The notes: generated by a model from the sequence alone, not told the origin. 64,000 bases of DNA from an uncultured Spirochaetota bacterium (GCA_964521865.1 CAZFTJ010000003.1:183745-247744), one strand, 5' to 3'; counted from the first letter of the stretch, positions 29,452 to 38,735 are shown. Numbers and translations are program-made.

Positions 29452-30519
29452 ATGAAGGATTGGAAGAGGGCTGCGCTCGAACGGACCGAAGAGCTGAGAA
29501 AATCGATCACTGCGGGAGTTATCGGTTTCTGCGTGGGCGCTCTCATCATACTGGCATACGGGTACAATCCCCTGAGCGCATATACTGCCCTTCTCAGCGG
29601 CGCCTTCGGCGACCTGTACGGGTTTTCGGAGTCCATCGCAAACGCCACTCCACTGATACTCACCGCCCTCACTTTTGCAGTTGGATTCAGAGGCGGCATG
29701 TTCAATATCGGGGCCGAAGGCCAGCTGTACCTGGGGGCGCTTGCTGCCGTTTCCGTAACCCTGCTGCGACTGCCGCCTGCAGTTGCCTTTGTGTCGAGTA
29801 TTTTTGCAGCAGCTCTTGCCGGTGTAATCTGGAGTATGCCTGTTGCGGTTTTGAAGGCGACCAGAGGGGTCCACGAAGTTATATCCACAATAATGCTCAA
29901 CTGGGTTGCCCATTTTTTTTCCTTCTACCTTATCTCCACAGTACTTGTCGACCCCCAGAGAGCCGAGAAAACCGTCAGCATTGCCGAAGGCGCACGTTTC
30001 GCCCTGCTCGTGCCGGGAACCAGTCTCAGCTTCGGCATCTTGGTCTCACTTGCTGCGGCAGCTCTTGTATGGCTGCTTCTCTGGCGGACGGTCATCGGCT
30101 TTGATATACGGGCTATGGGCTACAATCAGAATGCCGCCAGGTATGCGGGTATCGAAAAATGGAGGGTGATACTTTCAGTATTCGTGATGGGTGGAATAAC
30201 AGCCGGACTCGGAGGAGCTGTGCATGTGATGGGCCGTCCACCTACCTACGCGGTGTACAGCGGCATACCGGCAATTAGAAATCTCGGTTTCGACGGTCTC
30301 GCTGTAGCAATGATCGGAAGAAACCATCCGGCAGGCATCATCTTTGCCGCAATTTTTTTCGGCGGTTTGCTGGCCGGAGGGAGGATGATGCAGCTCTTCG
30401 CCCAGGTACCGCTCGAGATGGTTCGCGTACTGGAAGGAGTCGTCGTGCTCTTTCTCGCAATACCCGAGCTGTCACGAATATTCTCTTTTTTTAAAAGACT
30501 CAAAGCCCAAATCCCCTAA
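29452..30519 (+). CDS. ABC transporter permease (nucleoside/simple-sugar type)
   Basis: 355 aa, 8-10 hydrophobic helices; second gene of the Bmp-type cassette. Confidence 0.8.
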   Translation: MKDWKRAALERTEELRKSITAGVIGFCVGALIILAYGYNPLSAYTALLSGAFGDLYGFSESIANATPLILTALTFAVGFRGGMFNIGAEGQLYLGALAAVSVTLLRLPPAVAFVSSIFAAALAGVIWSMPVAVLKATRGVHEVISTIMLNWVAHFFSFYLISTVLVDPQRAEKTVSIAEGARFALLVPGTSLSFGILVSLAAAALVWLLLWRTVIGFDIRAMGYNQNAARYAGIEKWRVILSVFVMGGITAGLGGAVHVMGRPPTYAVYSGIPAIRNLGFDGLAVAMIGRNHPAGIIFAAIFFGGLLAGGRMMQLFAQVPLEMVRVLEGVVVLFLAIPELSRIFSFFKRLKAQIP

Positions 30520-30528
30520 GACGGATAC

Positions 30529-31443
30529 ATGGAGGAATGGATGAGCCCGGCCTCCCTTTTCATCGGAATATTCACGGGGTCGCTTTATGCAATGGTCCCG
30601 ATCACCCTCACTGCCACGGGAGAAACCGTCGGTGAATCGGCCGGATTATTCAATATCGGGCTCGAAGGCATAATCCTTCTCAGCGCTATGACGGGTGCTC
30701 TCGGCGCAGAGGCGTGGGGCGCTTTCATGGGCCTGGTAACCGGTCTTGCGACCGGATTCGCCATGGGCCTCATCTTCGGGCTGATCAACACCTACTTCAA
30801 AGGCGTACAGCTTATTACGGGAGTCGGAATCAATCTCGCCGCCATCGGCATGGTATCTTTCTGGCTCATACACCTCGGTGTTCCCGGGCACCATGCGGTA
30901 CCCAAGGAAAGTCAACTGGTTGCAATTTCCACCGGAATCGGCAACATAAGTCCCATGATTCTTGTGACCATTGCACTGCCGGTTATCGTCTGGATCCTGC
31001 TCTTCAGGACGAAACTCGGCCTGAAAATCAGGGCGGTGGGGGAGAATCCGCAGGCAGCGGATGTTGCGGGCATCAATGTGCACCTGCTCAGACTTTTTTC
31101 TACGGCTTCAGGGGCATCCCTCGCCGGACTTGCAGGCGCCTATATCAGCGTGGCGTGGATGGGCTCCGTAACAAAGGGAATTTCAGCCGGCAGAGGCTTT
31201 ATTGCGCTCGCAACCGTTGTTTTCAGCGGATTGAACCCGCTCCTGGTTCTTTTAGGCGGCTTTATTTTCGGATTTTTCGATAATCTTGCGGTGTGGATAT
31301 CCACTATGCCCGCGGTTCAGAGCGTTGTTCCATGGCAGCTCGTTTCCATGGCCCCCTATATAGTGACACTGCTCATTGTGGCCGGTGTCATCGGCAGGGT
31401 CAGGTTTCCCGCTGCAATGGGAGCTCCGTATATGCGTGAATGA
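30529..31443 (+). CDS. ABC transporter permease (nucleoside/simple-sugar type)
   Basis: 304 aa hydrophobic multi-pass protein; paired with the preceding permease. Confidence 0.8.
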   Translation: MEEWMSPASLFIGIFTGSLYAMVPITLTATGETVGESAGLFNIGLEGIILLSAMTGALGAEAWGAFMGLVTGLATGFAMGLIFGLINTYFKGVQLITGVGINLAAIGMVSFWLIHLGVPGHHAVPKESQLVAISTGIGNISPMILVTIALPVIVWILLFRTKLGLKIRAVGENPQAADVAGINVHLLRLFSTASGASLAGLAGAYISVAWMGSVTKGISAGRGFIALATVVFSGLNPLLVLLGGFIFGFFDNLAVWISTMPAVQSVVPWQLVSMAPYIVTLLIVAGVIGRVRFPAAMGAPYMRE

Positions 31444-31466
31444 GGTCGAAAAGGAGTGCCGGGTTT

Positions 31467-32999
31467 ATGGGTGATGACGCCATGCGTGACGATACCGATG
31501 TCATTTTACGGGGAGAGGGAATCTGCAAGGGATTTCCAGGTGTATGGGAGCATCTCATTCTCGATCACATCGACATCGATGTGCGGGTAGGTGAAATACA
31601 TACGCTGCTCGGAGAAAACGGAGCCGGAAAAACCGTTATCGCAAACTGCCTCTCCGGATTTTATAGCCTCACCGAGGGGCAGATATACGTAAAAGGGCAA
31701 CCGGTTCATCTGAAGTCTCCGAAAGACGGCCTCAAGCACCGCATAGGGATGGTACATCAGGAACTGGCTCTTGTCAAACCCTTTACCGTGGCCCAGAACA
31801 TTGCGATCGGCCTGCCGGGGTACGATCTCTCCTTCCCCCTCCGTGATGTGGAAAGCAGGGTTCGTGAATTGTCGAAGAGATTCAATCTGCGTATCGATCC
31901 AACAGCGCGGATCGAGGACCTTTCCGCCGGAGAACAGCAGCGAGCCGAAATCATCAAGGTCCTGTACCATGATCCGGAGATTCTCATTCTCGATGAGCCG
32001 ACATCGCTTATATCCGTGGATGCCCGGAACCTGTTTGAAGTACTCCGCAATATGGCGAAAATGGGATACGGCATACTGTTTATAACCCATAAGATCGAGG
32101 AAGCCCTCGAGATGGGCGACCGGGTTACCGTGCTCCGCCTCGGAAAGCTCATGGGAACCAGGGAATCTTCACGGACAGACAAAGAGGAGCTGGTAAGGCT
32201 CATGTTCGGAGAACACGAGCCGGCACAGCTCGAGCGAAAACCGGTGCGTTCGAAAAAGGTGGTGTTTGAAGTTCAGAACCTCGAAGCAGCCGGAATGGAT
32301 GAAGAGCCTGCGCTCCGTGGTGTGTCTTTTTCCATCGCAGAAGGGGAAATTTTCGGTATTGCGGGAGTTTCGGGAAACGGCCAGAGTGAGCTCGCCGAGG
32401 TGTTGACAGGGCTGCGAAGAGCTACAGGCGGGAGGATGTTGATCGATGGAAAAGATTTTACGAACAGCTCGCCGGGAAAAATAATCGAGGCCGGGATCGC
32501 TCATATTCCCGAAAAGAGACGTGAGGTCGGCGTGATTGAAGCAATGACCGTCGCAGAGAACGTCGTCTTGAAGGATGTCAGGATCCCACCGTTTTCGAAA
32601 CGCTCGTTTCTCAATGTTCCCTGTATTACAAACCATACGGAGGAAATCGTCGAGAGCTTCGGCGCCATTGTGTCGGACCTTTGGAAAACTCCGACCAGAA
32701 TCCTATCAGGAGGAAACATACAGCGTCTCATACTGGGGAGGGAAACCTGGCGCAAACCCCGCTTCATCGTCGCCGCATACCCGACGCAGGGACTCGACGC
32801 AAAGGCGATCGAGCACACCTGGGAACTGTTTATGGAGCTGAGAAAAACGGGCACATCCTTCCTGCTGATTTCCGAAGATCTCGATGAGATAATGGCGCTG
32901 AGCGACCGCATCGCAGTTATGTCGCAGGGAAACATTATCAAAATACTCGACCACGCGAAAAGAGAAGAGATCGGCATGCTGATAGCCATAGGCCATTGA
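31467..32999 (+). CDS. ABC transporter ATP-binding protein with duplicated ATPase domains
   Basis: First domain: Walker A GENGAGKT, signature LSAGEQQR, Walker B LILDEPTS. Second domain is degenerate (GVSGNGQSEL; LSGGNIQR). Start at ATG 31467 preceded by AAAAGGAG. Confidence 0.82.
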   Translation: MGDDAMRDDTDVILRGEGICKGFPGVWEHLILDHIDIDVRVGEIHTLLGENGAGKTVIANCLSGFYSLTEGQIYVKGQPVHLKSPKDGLKHRIGMVHQELALVKPFTVAQNIAIGLPGYDLSFPLRDVESRVRELSKRFNLRIDPTARIEDLSAGEQQRAEIIKVLYHDPEILILDEPTSLISVDARNLFEVLRNMAKMGYGILFITHKIEEALEMGDRVTVLRLGKLMGTRESSRTDKEELVRLMFGEHEPAQLERKPVRSKKVVFEVQNLEAAGMDEEPALRGVSFSIAEGEIFGIAGVSGNGQSELAEVLTGLRRATGGRMLIDGKDFTNSSPGKIIEAGIAHIPEKRREVGVIEAMTVAENVVLKDVRIPPFSKRSFLNVPCITNHTEEIVESFGAIVSDLWKTPTRILSGGNIQRLILGRETWRKPRFIVAAYPTQGLDAKAIEHTWELFMELRKTGTSFLLISEDLDEIMALSDRIAVMSQGNIIKILDHAKREEIGMLIAIGH

Positions 33000-33012
33000 T
33001 AGCACCGAGCAG

Positions 33013-35490
33013 TTATTCCCGCGCCGTTTGAAAAGGCCACATCTTGAGCCCGCCTTCAAGTATTCGAATATTCGTGAACCCCTGTGCCTTGAGAATAAGC
33101 GACGCCTGATAGGACCTGCTTCCAGTCTCGTCGATCAGTATAATACCACGGTCGCGGGGTATCTCATCTATTCTTCTCCTCAGGCTTTCGAGGGGAATGA
33201 GCTCGACTCCCGGAATTCGCTCCTCCTCGAATTCACGCGGAAGCCGCACGTCGATACAGGTGCAGGTCTTTTTTGCCTCTATAACTTCCCGTGCATCCAT
33301 TGCCATGATTCCCTCAAACACACCGTCGAGCTTATTCTGCATGACATGTGCTGCGACAATAATACTGTCGATGGCCCTGGAGTATGAAGGCGCATACCCG
33401 AGATCGAGAGATGCAATATCGTCTATTATACCGTCATTGGCGATAACGGTCGACGCAACGTCAATCCTCTTGGCCACATCACCTTTGCCGACTATCTGAA
33501 CCCCGAGCAGCTTCCTCGTTTTTTTATCACCAATCATCTTGACGTGTATCATCTGCGATTCAGGGATAAACTCATCCCTGTCGAAATCGGGAACATATAC
33601 CGTCACCGGATGGAATCCCGCTTTACTGGCCTCTTGCTCGTTCAACCCCGTCTTCGCGATATGGAATTCAAAAACCCTGATAATGATTGTACCGGTAACG
33701 GCGGGGAAAATCGCTTTCTTTCCCGCCGCATTCGTACCGGCCACCCTCCCCTGCTTGTTTGCAATCGAACCGAGAGGAATATAACAGGGTTTTTTAGATA
33801 CTGCATGAACCACCTCACAGCAGTCACCGGCTGCATAGATGGATGCATCGCTTGTCTGCAACCGCTCGTTAACGGCAATCGCACCCGTGGAGCCGATTTT
33901 CAGCCCGGCCTTTTTCGCAAGCGTAACACTCGGTACAAATCCTGTTGCAATAATAACGAGATCAGCCGGAAGGCGGAACCCGTCAAGCTGGACCGATTCA
34001 ACACCTTCTGTTCCAATAAATTCCTGGACTTCGGTATTCGTTATAATTCGTACACCGTTGAGCTCCAGATGGTTGCGCACGAGGGCTCCCATTTCACGGT
34101 CGAGAAAGGGCAGAATCTCATGATCTTTCTCAACAATTGTTACACGCGCTCCGGATGCGGTCAGCGCTTCTGCGGTTTCAATGCCAATATTACCGCCTCC
34201 AAGCACAACGATATCCTTTGCAAGATTGTTGGTAAGGAAACGTTTTATTCTTTCGGAATCGGTTACACCGTGCAGCACGAAGATATTCTGCAATCCAATA
34301 CCCCTGATATCGGGAAGAGACGGTCTGCTTCCAGTCGAGATAATAAGAATGTCGTAGGGTTCGGTAAAGACCCGTTCTGTGAGAATATCGCGGTAGTGTA
34401 TTACCTTCTCTTCCCTGTCTATCTTTATCACTTCAGAGAGGTTCTTTATCTCTATACCCTTCACACTCCTGAAAAACTCCGTCGCATTCTCAAATCCAGA
34501 GTAGAACCCGAACAGCTCACGCTGCTGCTTCAGCTTTCCGGCGATATAGTACGGAAGTGCACATCCCGCATATGCAAGAAAATGGTCCTTTTCAAAAACG
34601 GTGATCTTTGCCTCCGGGTCGAGCCTCCGCGCACGTGAAGCCGCTTTCGGCCCCGCGGCGACGCCGCCTATGACAACGATTCGCTTTTTAAACCGTTTTT
34701 TCGATTCATCGACCTTTTCCGTTTCTGCAACACGAACCAGCGGAAGCGTAAAGATGAACGCAGTTCCTTCGTTCAGCCTGCTCTCAACCCGTATCGAGCC
34801 GCCGCATATCTCTATGATCTTTTTAACGATTGTAAGGCCGAACCCGGTCCCTTTTTTGTCGAAGAGACGTGCATTTTCGGCTCTAAAAAATTCTTCGAAA
34901 ATTTTATCGCTCACTTCAGCGGGTATGCCGATACCGTTGTCTTCAACGCGTGTAACGATTTCACCCGTATCTTCGCTGTACTGTACAGTAAGTATGACGT
35001 GACCTTCGCGGGATGTATACTTTAGGGCATTCTCAAGGAGATTGTACACGGTATGTTTCAGTCCGACTCTGTTCCCCAGAACGATCAGGAGCTTGTTGGG
35101 AATATCACTGACAAAATGAATGCTCTTTTCCCTGATTTTTTCTCTCAACTCGTCCACCGCTTCGATACAAATTTCGGAAAAATCCACCTCCAGGAGCTCG
35201 ACCTCGCCGCTTCGAAAGCGTTCGAGCTCCAGGATGTCCATGATAAGATCCTGCAGGTCCCTGCTCCCTCTCTTTATCGACTCCACAACACGAAGCTGTT
35301 TGTTGTTCAGCTTTCCTGCATACTCGCCGAGCAGGGTTTCTACACTGAAAATTATGGTCGCAATGGGAGATTTCAACTGATGAGCGCTGATCCTGAGATA
35401 CTCCCTGCGGTCCCGAAGAAGCCGTTCGACCTCCTCCCTGTACCGCTGGACCTGCTTTTCAAGATCGTTTATTTTTTCTTCAGCAGACAT
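33013..35490 (-). CDS. Histidine kinase core (HisKA + HATPase_c) fused to a CoA-disulfide-reductase/NADH-oxidase-like flavoprotein and a C-terminal rhodanese-like domain
   Basis: 825 aa. Residues 1-245: coiled coil, H-box (SAHQLKSPIATI), N/G boxes (NLLENALKYT, DNGIGIP, GTGFGL). Residues 250-700: FAD/NAD Rossmann motifs (IVVIGGVAAGPKAASRARR; VVLGGGNIGIETAEAL) with the redox cysteine in AGCALPYY. Residues 730-825: rhodanese fold whose catalytic-Cys position reads Asp (ILIDETGSRS). No transmembrane segment. Confidence 0.75.
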   Translation of the reverse strand: MSAEEKINDLEKQVQRYREEVERLLRDRREYLRISAHQLKSPIATIIFSVETLLGEYAGKLNNKQLRVVESIKRGSRDLQDLIMDILELERFRSGEVELLEVDFSEICIEAVDELREKIREKSIHFVSDIPNKLLIVLGNRVGLKHTVYNLLENALKYTSREGHVILTVQYSEDTGEIVTRVEDNGIGIPAEVSDKIFEEFFRAENARLFDKKGTGFGLTIVKKIIEICGGSIRVESRLNEGTAFIFTLPLVRVAETEKVDESKKRFKKRIVVIGGVAAGPKAASRARRLDPEAKITVFEKDHFLAYAGCALPYYIAGKLKQQRELFGFYSGFENATEFFRSVKGIEIKNLSEVIKIDREEKVIHYRDILTERVFTEPYDILIISTGSRPSLPDIRGIGLQNIFVLHGVTDSERIKRFLTNNLAKDIVVLGGGNIGIETAEALTASGARVTIVEKDHEILPFLDREMGALVRNHLELNGVRIITNTEVQEFIGTEGVESVQLDGFRLPADLVIIATGFVPSVTLAKKAGLKIGSTGAIAVNERLQTSDASIYAAGDCCEVVHAVSKKPCYIPLGSIANKQGRVAGTNAAGKKAIFPAVTGTIIIRVFEFHIAKTGLNEQEASKAGFHPVTVYVPDFDRDEFIPESQMIHVKMIGDKKTRKLLGVQIVGKGDVAKRIDVASTVIANDGIIDDIASLDLGYAPSYSRAIDSIIVAAHVMQNKLDGVFEGIMAMDAREVIEAKKTCTCIDVRLPREFEEERIPGVELIPLESLRRRIDEIPRDRGIILIDETGSRSYQASLILKAQGFTNIRILEGGLKMWPFQTARE

Positions 35491-35558
35491 AACTTTTTTT
35501 CCCTGTTTTGATTATGGATTTGATAATTTCGCAGCGGCAATAGTGCGAAAAACTTGTG

Positions 35559-35580
35559 CATTCATTGGCCGCAGGTCGGC
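35559..35580. repeat. Copy of the short recurring motif CATTCA-N2-3-GGCCGCAGGTCG (nikR to kinase spacer)
   Basis: CATTCAttGGCCGCAGGTCGgc; compare 62383-62403 and 63935-63951. Confidence 0.3.
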
Positions 35581-35602
35581 TGAATTCACCATTTCACACA
35601 TA

Positions 35603-36013
35603 TCAGTCGAGGTCGAACGAAAAAAAGGAGGGAAGCGCCATGTGCACTCCCTTCTGCCCGCCTATTCTGTTCGTCAGGTCCCGCAATACCTTCTCTTCCC
35701 CCCGCACCACTATAACTTCCATGCAGTAATCATGCGTTATATGAACATGATTGGCAAAGTGTATAGACTGCTGATAGTGATGCTGAATTTCCGTGAGAGC
35801 CTCTGAAAGATTGTGCATATGATGATTATAAATTATGGTAATCGAGCCCATTACCTGCCCCGTTTTTTCGCTCTTTTCAAGAGATAGCTTTTCCCTTATG
35901 AGATCCCGAATAGCCTCACTGCGGTTGTGAAAACCGTGCGCAGCAATGAAGTCATCAAAGGATGAAAGCAGGTTTTTTTCCATGGATACACCAAACCGAA
36001 TAAGCTCAGACAT
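35603..36013 (-). CDS. nikR: Nickel-responsive transcriptional regulator NikR
   Basis: 136 aa. N-terminal ribbon-helix-helix (FHNRSEAIRDLIRE) and C-terminal metal-binding domain with the NikR His/Cys pattern (HHMH...HVHITHDYC). Confidence 0.82.
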   Translation of the reverse strand: MSELIRFGVSMEKNLLSSFDDFIAAHGFHNRSEAIRDLIREKLSLEKSEKTGQVMGSITIIYNHHMHNLSEALTEIQHHYQQSIHFANHVHITHDYCMEVIVVRGEEKVLRDLTNRIGGQKGVHMALPSFFSFDLD

Positions 36014-36044
36014 AAGACCGCTCCGCTGGTACTATGCTGTTGCA

Positions 36045-36100
36045 GCAATTGAATCGGCAGACGCCGGGCAGCTGCCGTACTCTCAATAATATTCAATTGC
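36045..36100. promoter_or_regulatory. Nested inverted repeat upstream of nikR: GCAATTGAAT-N36-ATTCAATTGC with central palindrome GGCAGCTGCC
   Basis: Outer 10-bp arms are perfect reverse complements (36045-36054 and 36091-36100); a 10-bp perfect palindrome sits at 36067-36076. Lies 32-87 nt upstream of the nikR start, in the divergent region shared with the 36336 gene. Confidence 0.4.
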
Positions 36101-36335
36101 CCGTTTTTGGCAAGACAAGATTGTGCAGACGGCTAAGATTTTATATTGAAGATTCGACACTGCCGGAACCGATAAAGATACTGGTGCAGTACTGTCCTGC
36201 GGGAGTACAACTCACTCACTATAGGGACTCCCGTACATGTTAGGTACTCTGTAAATCAACATTAAAATTTTGATATTTTCCGCCTTCTGATGTATAATAA
36301 TTACTGGTTTTATATATTAAAACAAGATAAAAATT

Positions 36336-38678
36336 ATGAAGTTATTTTTTGCCCTTATTTTAGCTTTTATTGTTATTTCGATAATTATCATGACAGGCTG
36401 TGGAAACAGGGAAGATCTTCTTGAAAGCGCCAGAGTAACTCAGTCTGAAATTCCGGTTGTACTTACCGCCGACCCTTCCACTGACTGCCCCTGTGTGCCA
36501 GCCAACCCGGTCGTGGGCGTACGATTCTCAAAATCCATGGATACTGCCTCCGTTGAAAACGCGTTCTCATTGACGGTTTCCGGAGAGGCGTACATTTCTG
36601 GCGGCAGTTTCGAATGGCTTGATGAAAACAGAATGTTTATATACTACCCCGCATCGGGAAGTATTCCCCCTGGATCTCTGATAACCGCCCGAATTGAAGT
36701 TTCAGCCCAGTCAATAGACGGCATTCATCTATCGACTCCCTTTGAATGGTCCTTTACAACCGGATATAATTTTTACTCCGGCACGCCACTGGTACTGAGC
36801 ATGCTGCCGCAGTCTTTTCAGGTTGTATTGCCGTCCGATTTCAAAATCGTCATCGAGTTTAATCGTCTCATGCTGCATACAACTGTTGAATCCTCCTTTC
36901 TCCTTGTTTCGGACAGTCCGGACGAAGGGTCCTGGTCCTCCGATAACGGCAGTTTCGCGTGGGAAAATACCGCTTCCGGTGAAAAGGTTACCTTTATTCC
37001 GGAACAGCTGCCGGGGAATAATCACGGGTATGCCGTGTATCTCAACAACCGCGGGATAGTATGCCGCGACCTGGCCGGCAACGCACTTTCCAACTTTGAA
37101 TGTACGTTTTACACCGCGGATACGGCGATATACGTTTCGTATAGCGGTGGAGACGATGCAAACGAGGGTTTTCATAGAACCGTCCCGGTGCAGACCATAG
37201 GCAAGTCGTGGGAGAAGGCTAAAAGTTACGGATTTTCTCTGATCAAGGTTGAAGGCTCAGGAGGACCTGGCCCTGATTACACCGGATCATTCAGCGTCCC
37301 GAGCGGCGTGTCTATCGAGGGCGGCTGGAATCAGAGTTTTGACGAAAAAAACAGATACACCTATTCTACCACCATCAATTCAGGTTCTTCACAGCATACA
37401 TTTATTTTATCGGGCGTTTCAGGATGTACTCTCGATAGCCTCAGTATCTGGGGAGGAGAGAGCACCGGAACAGAAGATACCGCCGTTTTTATCGAAAACA
37501 GCTCCAATATCTCAGTACAATACTCCAACATTCTGGGACCCAATCAAACCACCGCCACCCAGGGCTACGGAATCAAGATCGAAAACTCTTCGAACGTTAT
37601 CCTTGACAGTAACGATGGTATATCCGGCGGGAGCACTCCATACAATGCGGGTGTATATGTGCTCGGCAGCTCCAAGAACGTTACAATTAAAAACAACATG
37701 GATATCATGGGCATCCAAGGTGGGGCGACCGGAATATCATACGGCATATTGCTGGGAACCGGAACAGGCCCCATTACCATCGAAAACAACAGCCTAATAT
37801 CAGGAGGCTCTACATCGAACAAACCGACTTACGGAATATATATCGATTCCGGTGCCGATGTTGAAATAGCGGACAACGACTATATATCTGGCGGAACGAC
37901 CTCCAACAGCGATACGTACGGCTTGTTCGTCAACAGCGGTGCTGATGTAAGAATATTCAGAAACCATATAATAGGAGGCACATCCACTCCGGCAGCTTCA
38001 AACATGGATTATGGATTATATGTTAAACAGGCAAATGAATGCATAGTATTCAACAACTTTATACGCGGATCGACAGATTCTTCAGACCTGAACAACGAAT
38101 GCTACGGCGTGTATGCAAACGACACTGATATCGTATTGATAAATAATACCATCGGAAGCGGAGGCAGTCCATCGGGAATGACAAGTTCATATACCGTTTG
38201 TGTTTCCGATAACCCTTGGAATATCAACCCCTATATAGTGAACAATATTTTTCTCGAAGGTACGAACAATTTCAACGACGGACTACGTCTCATATATGGT
38301 ACACCGCCGATTGCTTGTCGAATATTAAACAACTCATTCAGAAATGATAATATTGATCGTTACATCGACGGAAGCGGATTCAACGACACCTCAATCTCTG
38401 CTGTAAATTCTGAAATAAACATCTCCCCTACTCCCTCATCCAATGAAGAGTTCTCCTCATCTGATATTTCTTTCGTCGATGAGTCGACGACAGATTTTCA
38501 TGTGAGCGGAATCTCCGCAGATACATCTTCAATTAAAGATAACGGCTATAAAACCCTCTCAACGCTACCGCTTTTTACAAGCAATCCGTCGCTGCTCGAC
38601 GAGCTTCTCATCGACATAGACGGAAACACGAGAAACCCCGCAACAATCGACCGCGGTGCTCATGAGTTCAATCCATGA
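36336..38678 (+). CDS. Lipoprotein with Ig-like domain and parallel beta-helix repeats
   Basis: 780 aa; signal peptide with lipobox IMTGC; repeated Ser/Asn/Gly-rich 22-25-aa units typical of right-handed beta-helix coils (NSSNISVQYSNI, NSSNVILDSNDGISGG, SSKNVTIKNN). Confidence 0.6.
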   Translation: MKLFFALILAFIVISIIIMTGCGNREDLLESARVTQSEIPVVLTADPSTDCPCVPANPVVGVRFSKSMDTASVENAFSLTVSGEAYISGGSFEWLDENRMFIYYPASGSIPPGSLITARIEVSAQSIDGIHLSTPFEWSFTTGYNFYSGTPLVLSMLPQSFQVVLPSDFKIVIEFNRLMLHTTVESSFLLVSDSPDEGSWSSDNGSFAWENTASGEKVTFIPEQLPGNNHGYAVYLNNRGIVCRDLAGNALSNFECTFYTADTAIYVSYSGGDDANEGFHRTVPVQTIGKSWEKAKSYGFSLIKVEGSGGPGPDYTGSFSVPSGVSIEGGWNQSFDEKNRYTYSTTINSGSSQHTFILSGVSGCTLDSLSIWGGESTGTEDTAVFIENSSNISVQYSNILGPNQTTATQGYGIKIENSSNVILDSNDGISGGSTPYNAGVYVLGSSKNVTIKNNMDIMGIQGGATGISYGILLGTGTGPITIENNSLISGGSTSNKPTYGIYIDSGADVEIADNDYISGGTTSNSDTYGLFVNSGADVRIFRNHIIGGTSTPAASNMDYGLYVKQANECIVFNNFIRGSTDSSDLNNECYGVYANDTDIVLINNTIGSGGSPSGMTSSYTVCVSDNPWNINPYIVNNIFLEGTNNFNDGLRLIYGTPPIACRILNNSFRNDNIDRYIDGSGFNDTSISAVNSEINISPTPSSNEEFSSSDISFVDESTTDFHVSGISADTSSIKDNGYKTLSTLPLFTSNPSLLDELLIDIDGNTRNPATIDRGAHEFNP

Positions 38679-38735
38679 CGGTGCAAAAGGCCGGTAGAAG
38701 CAATCGGAAACAGACGCACCGGACGGCTGGTAATT

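Noticed and set aside
29347-29913. 188-aa and 171-aa minus-strand ORFs overlapping the first Bmp-cassette permease
   Set aside because: They are antisense to a hydrophobic permease gene sitting in a coherent four-gene cassette; Arg/Cys-rich shadow frames.
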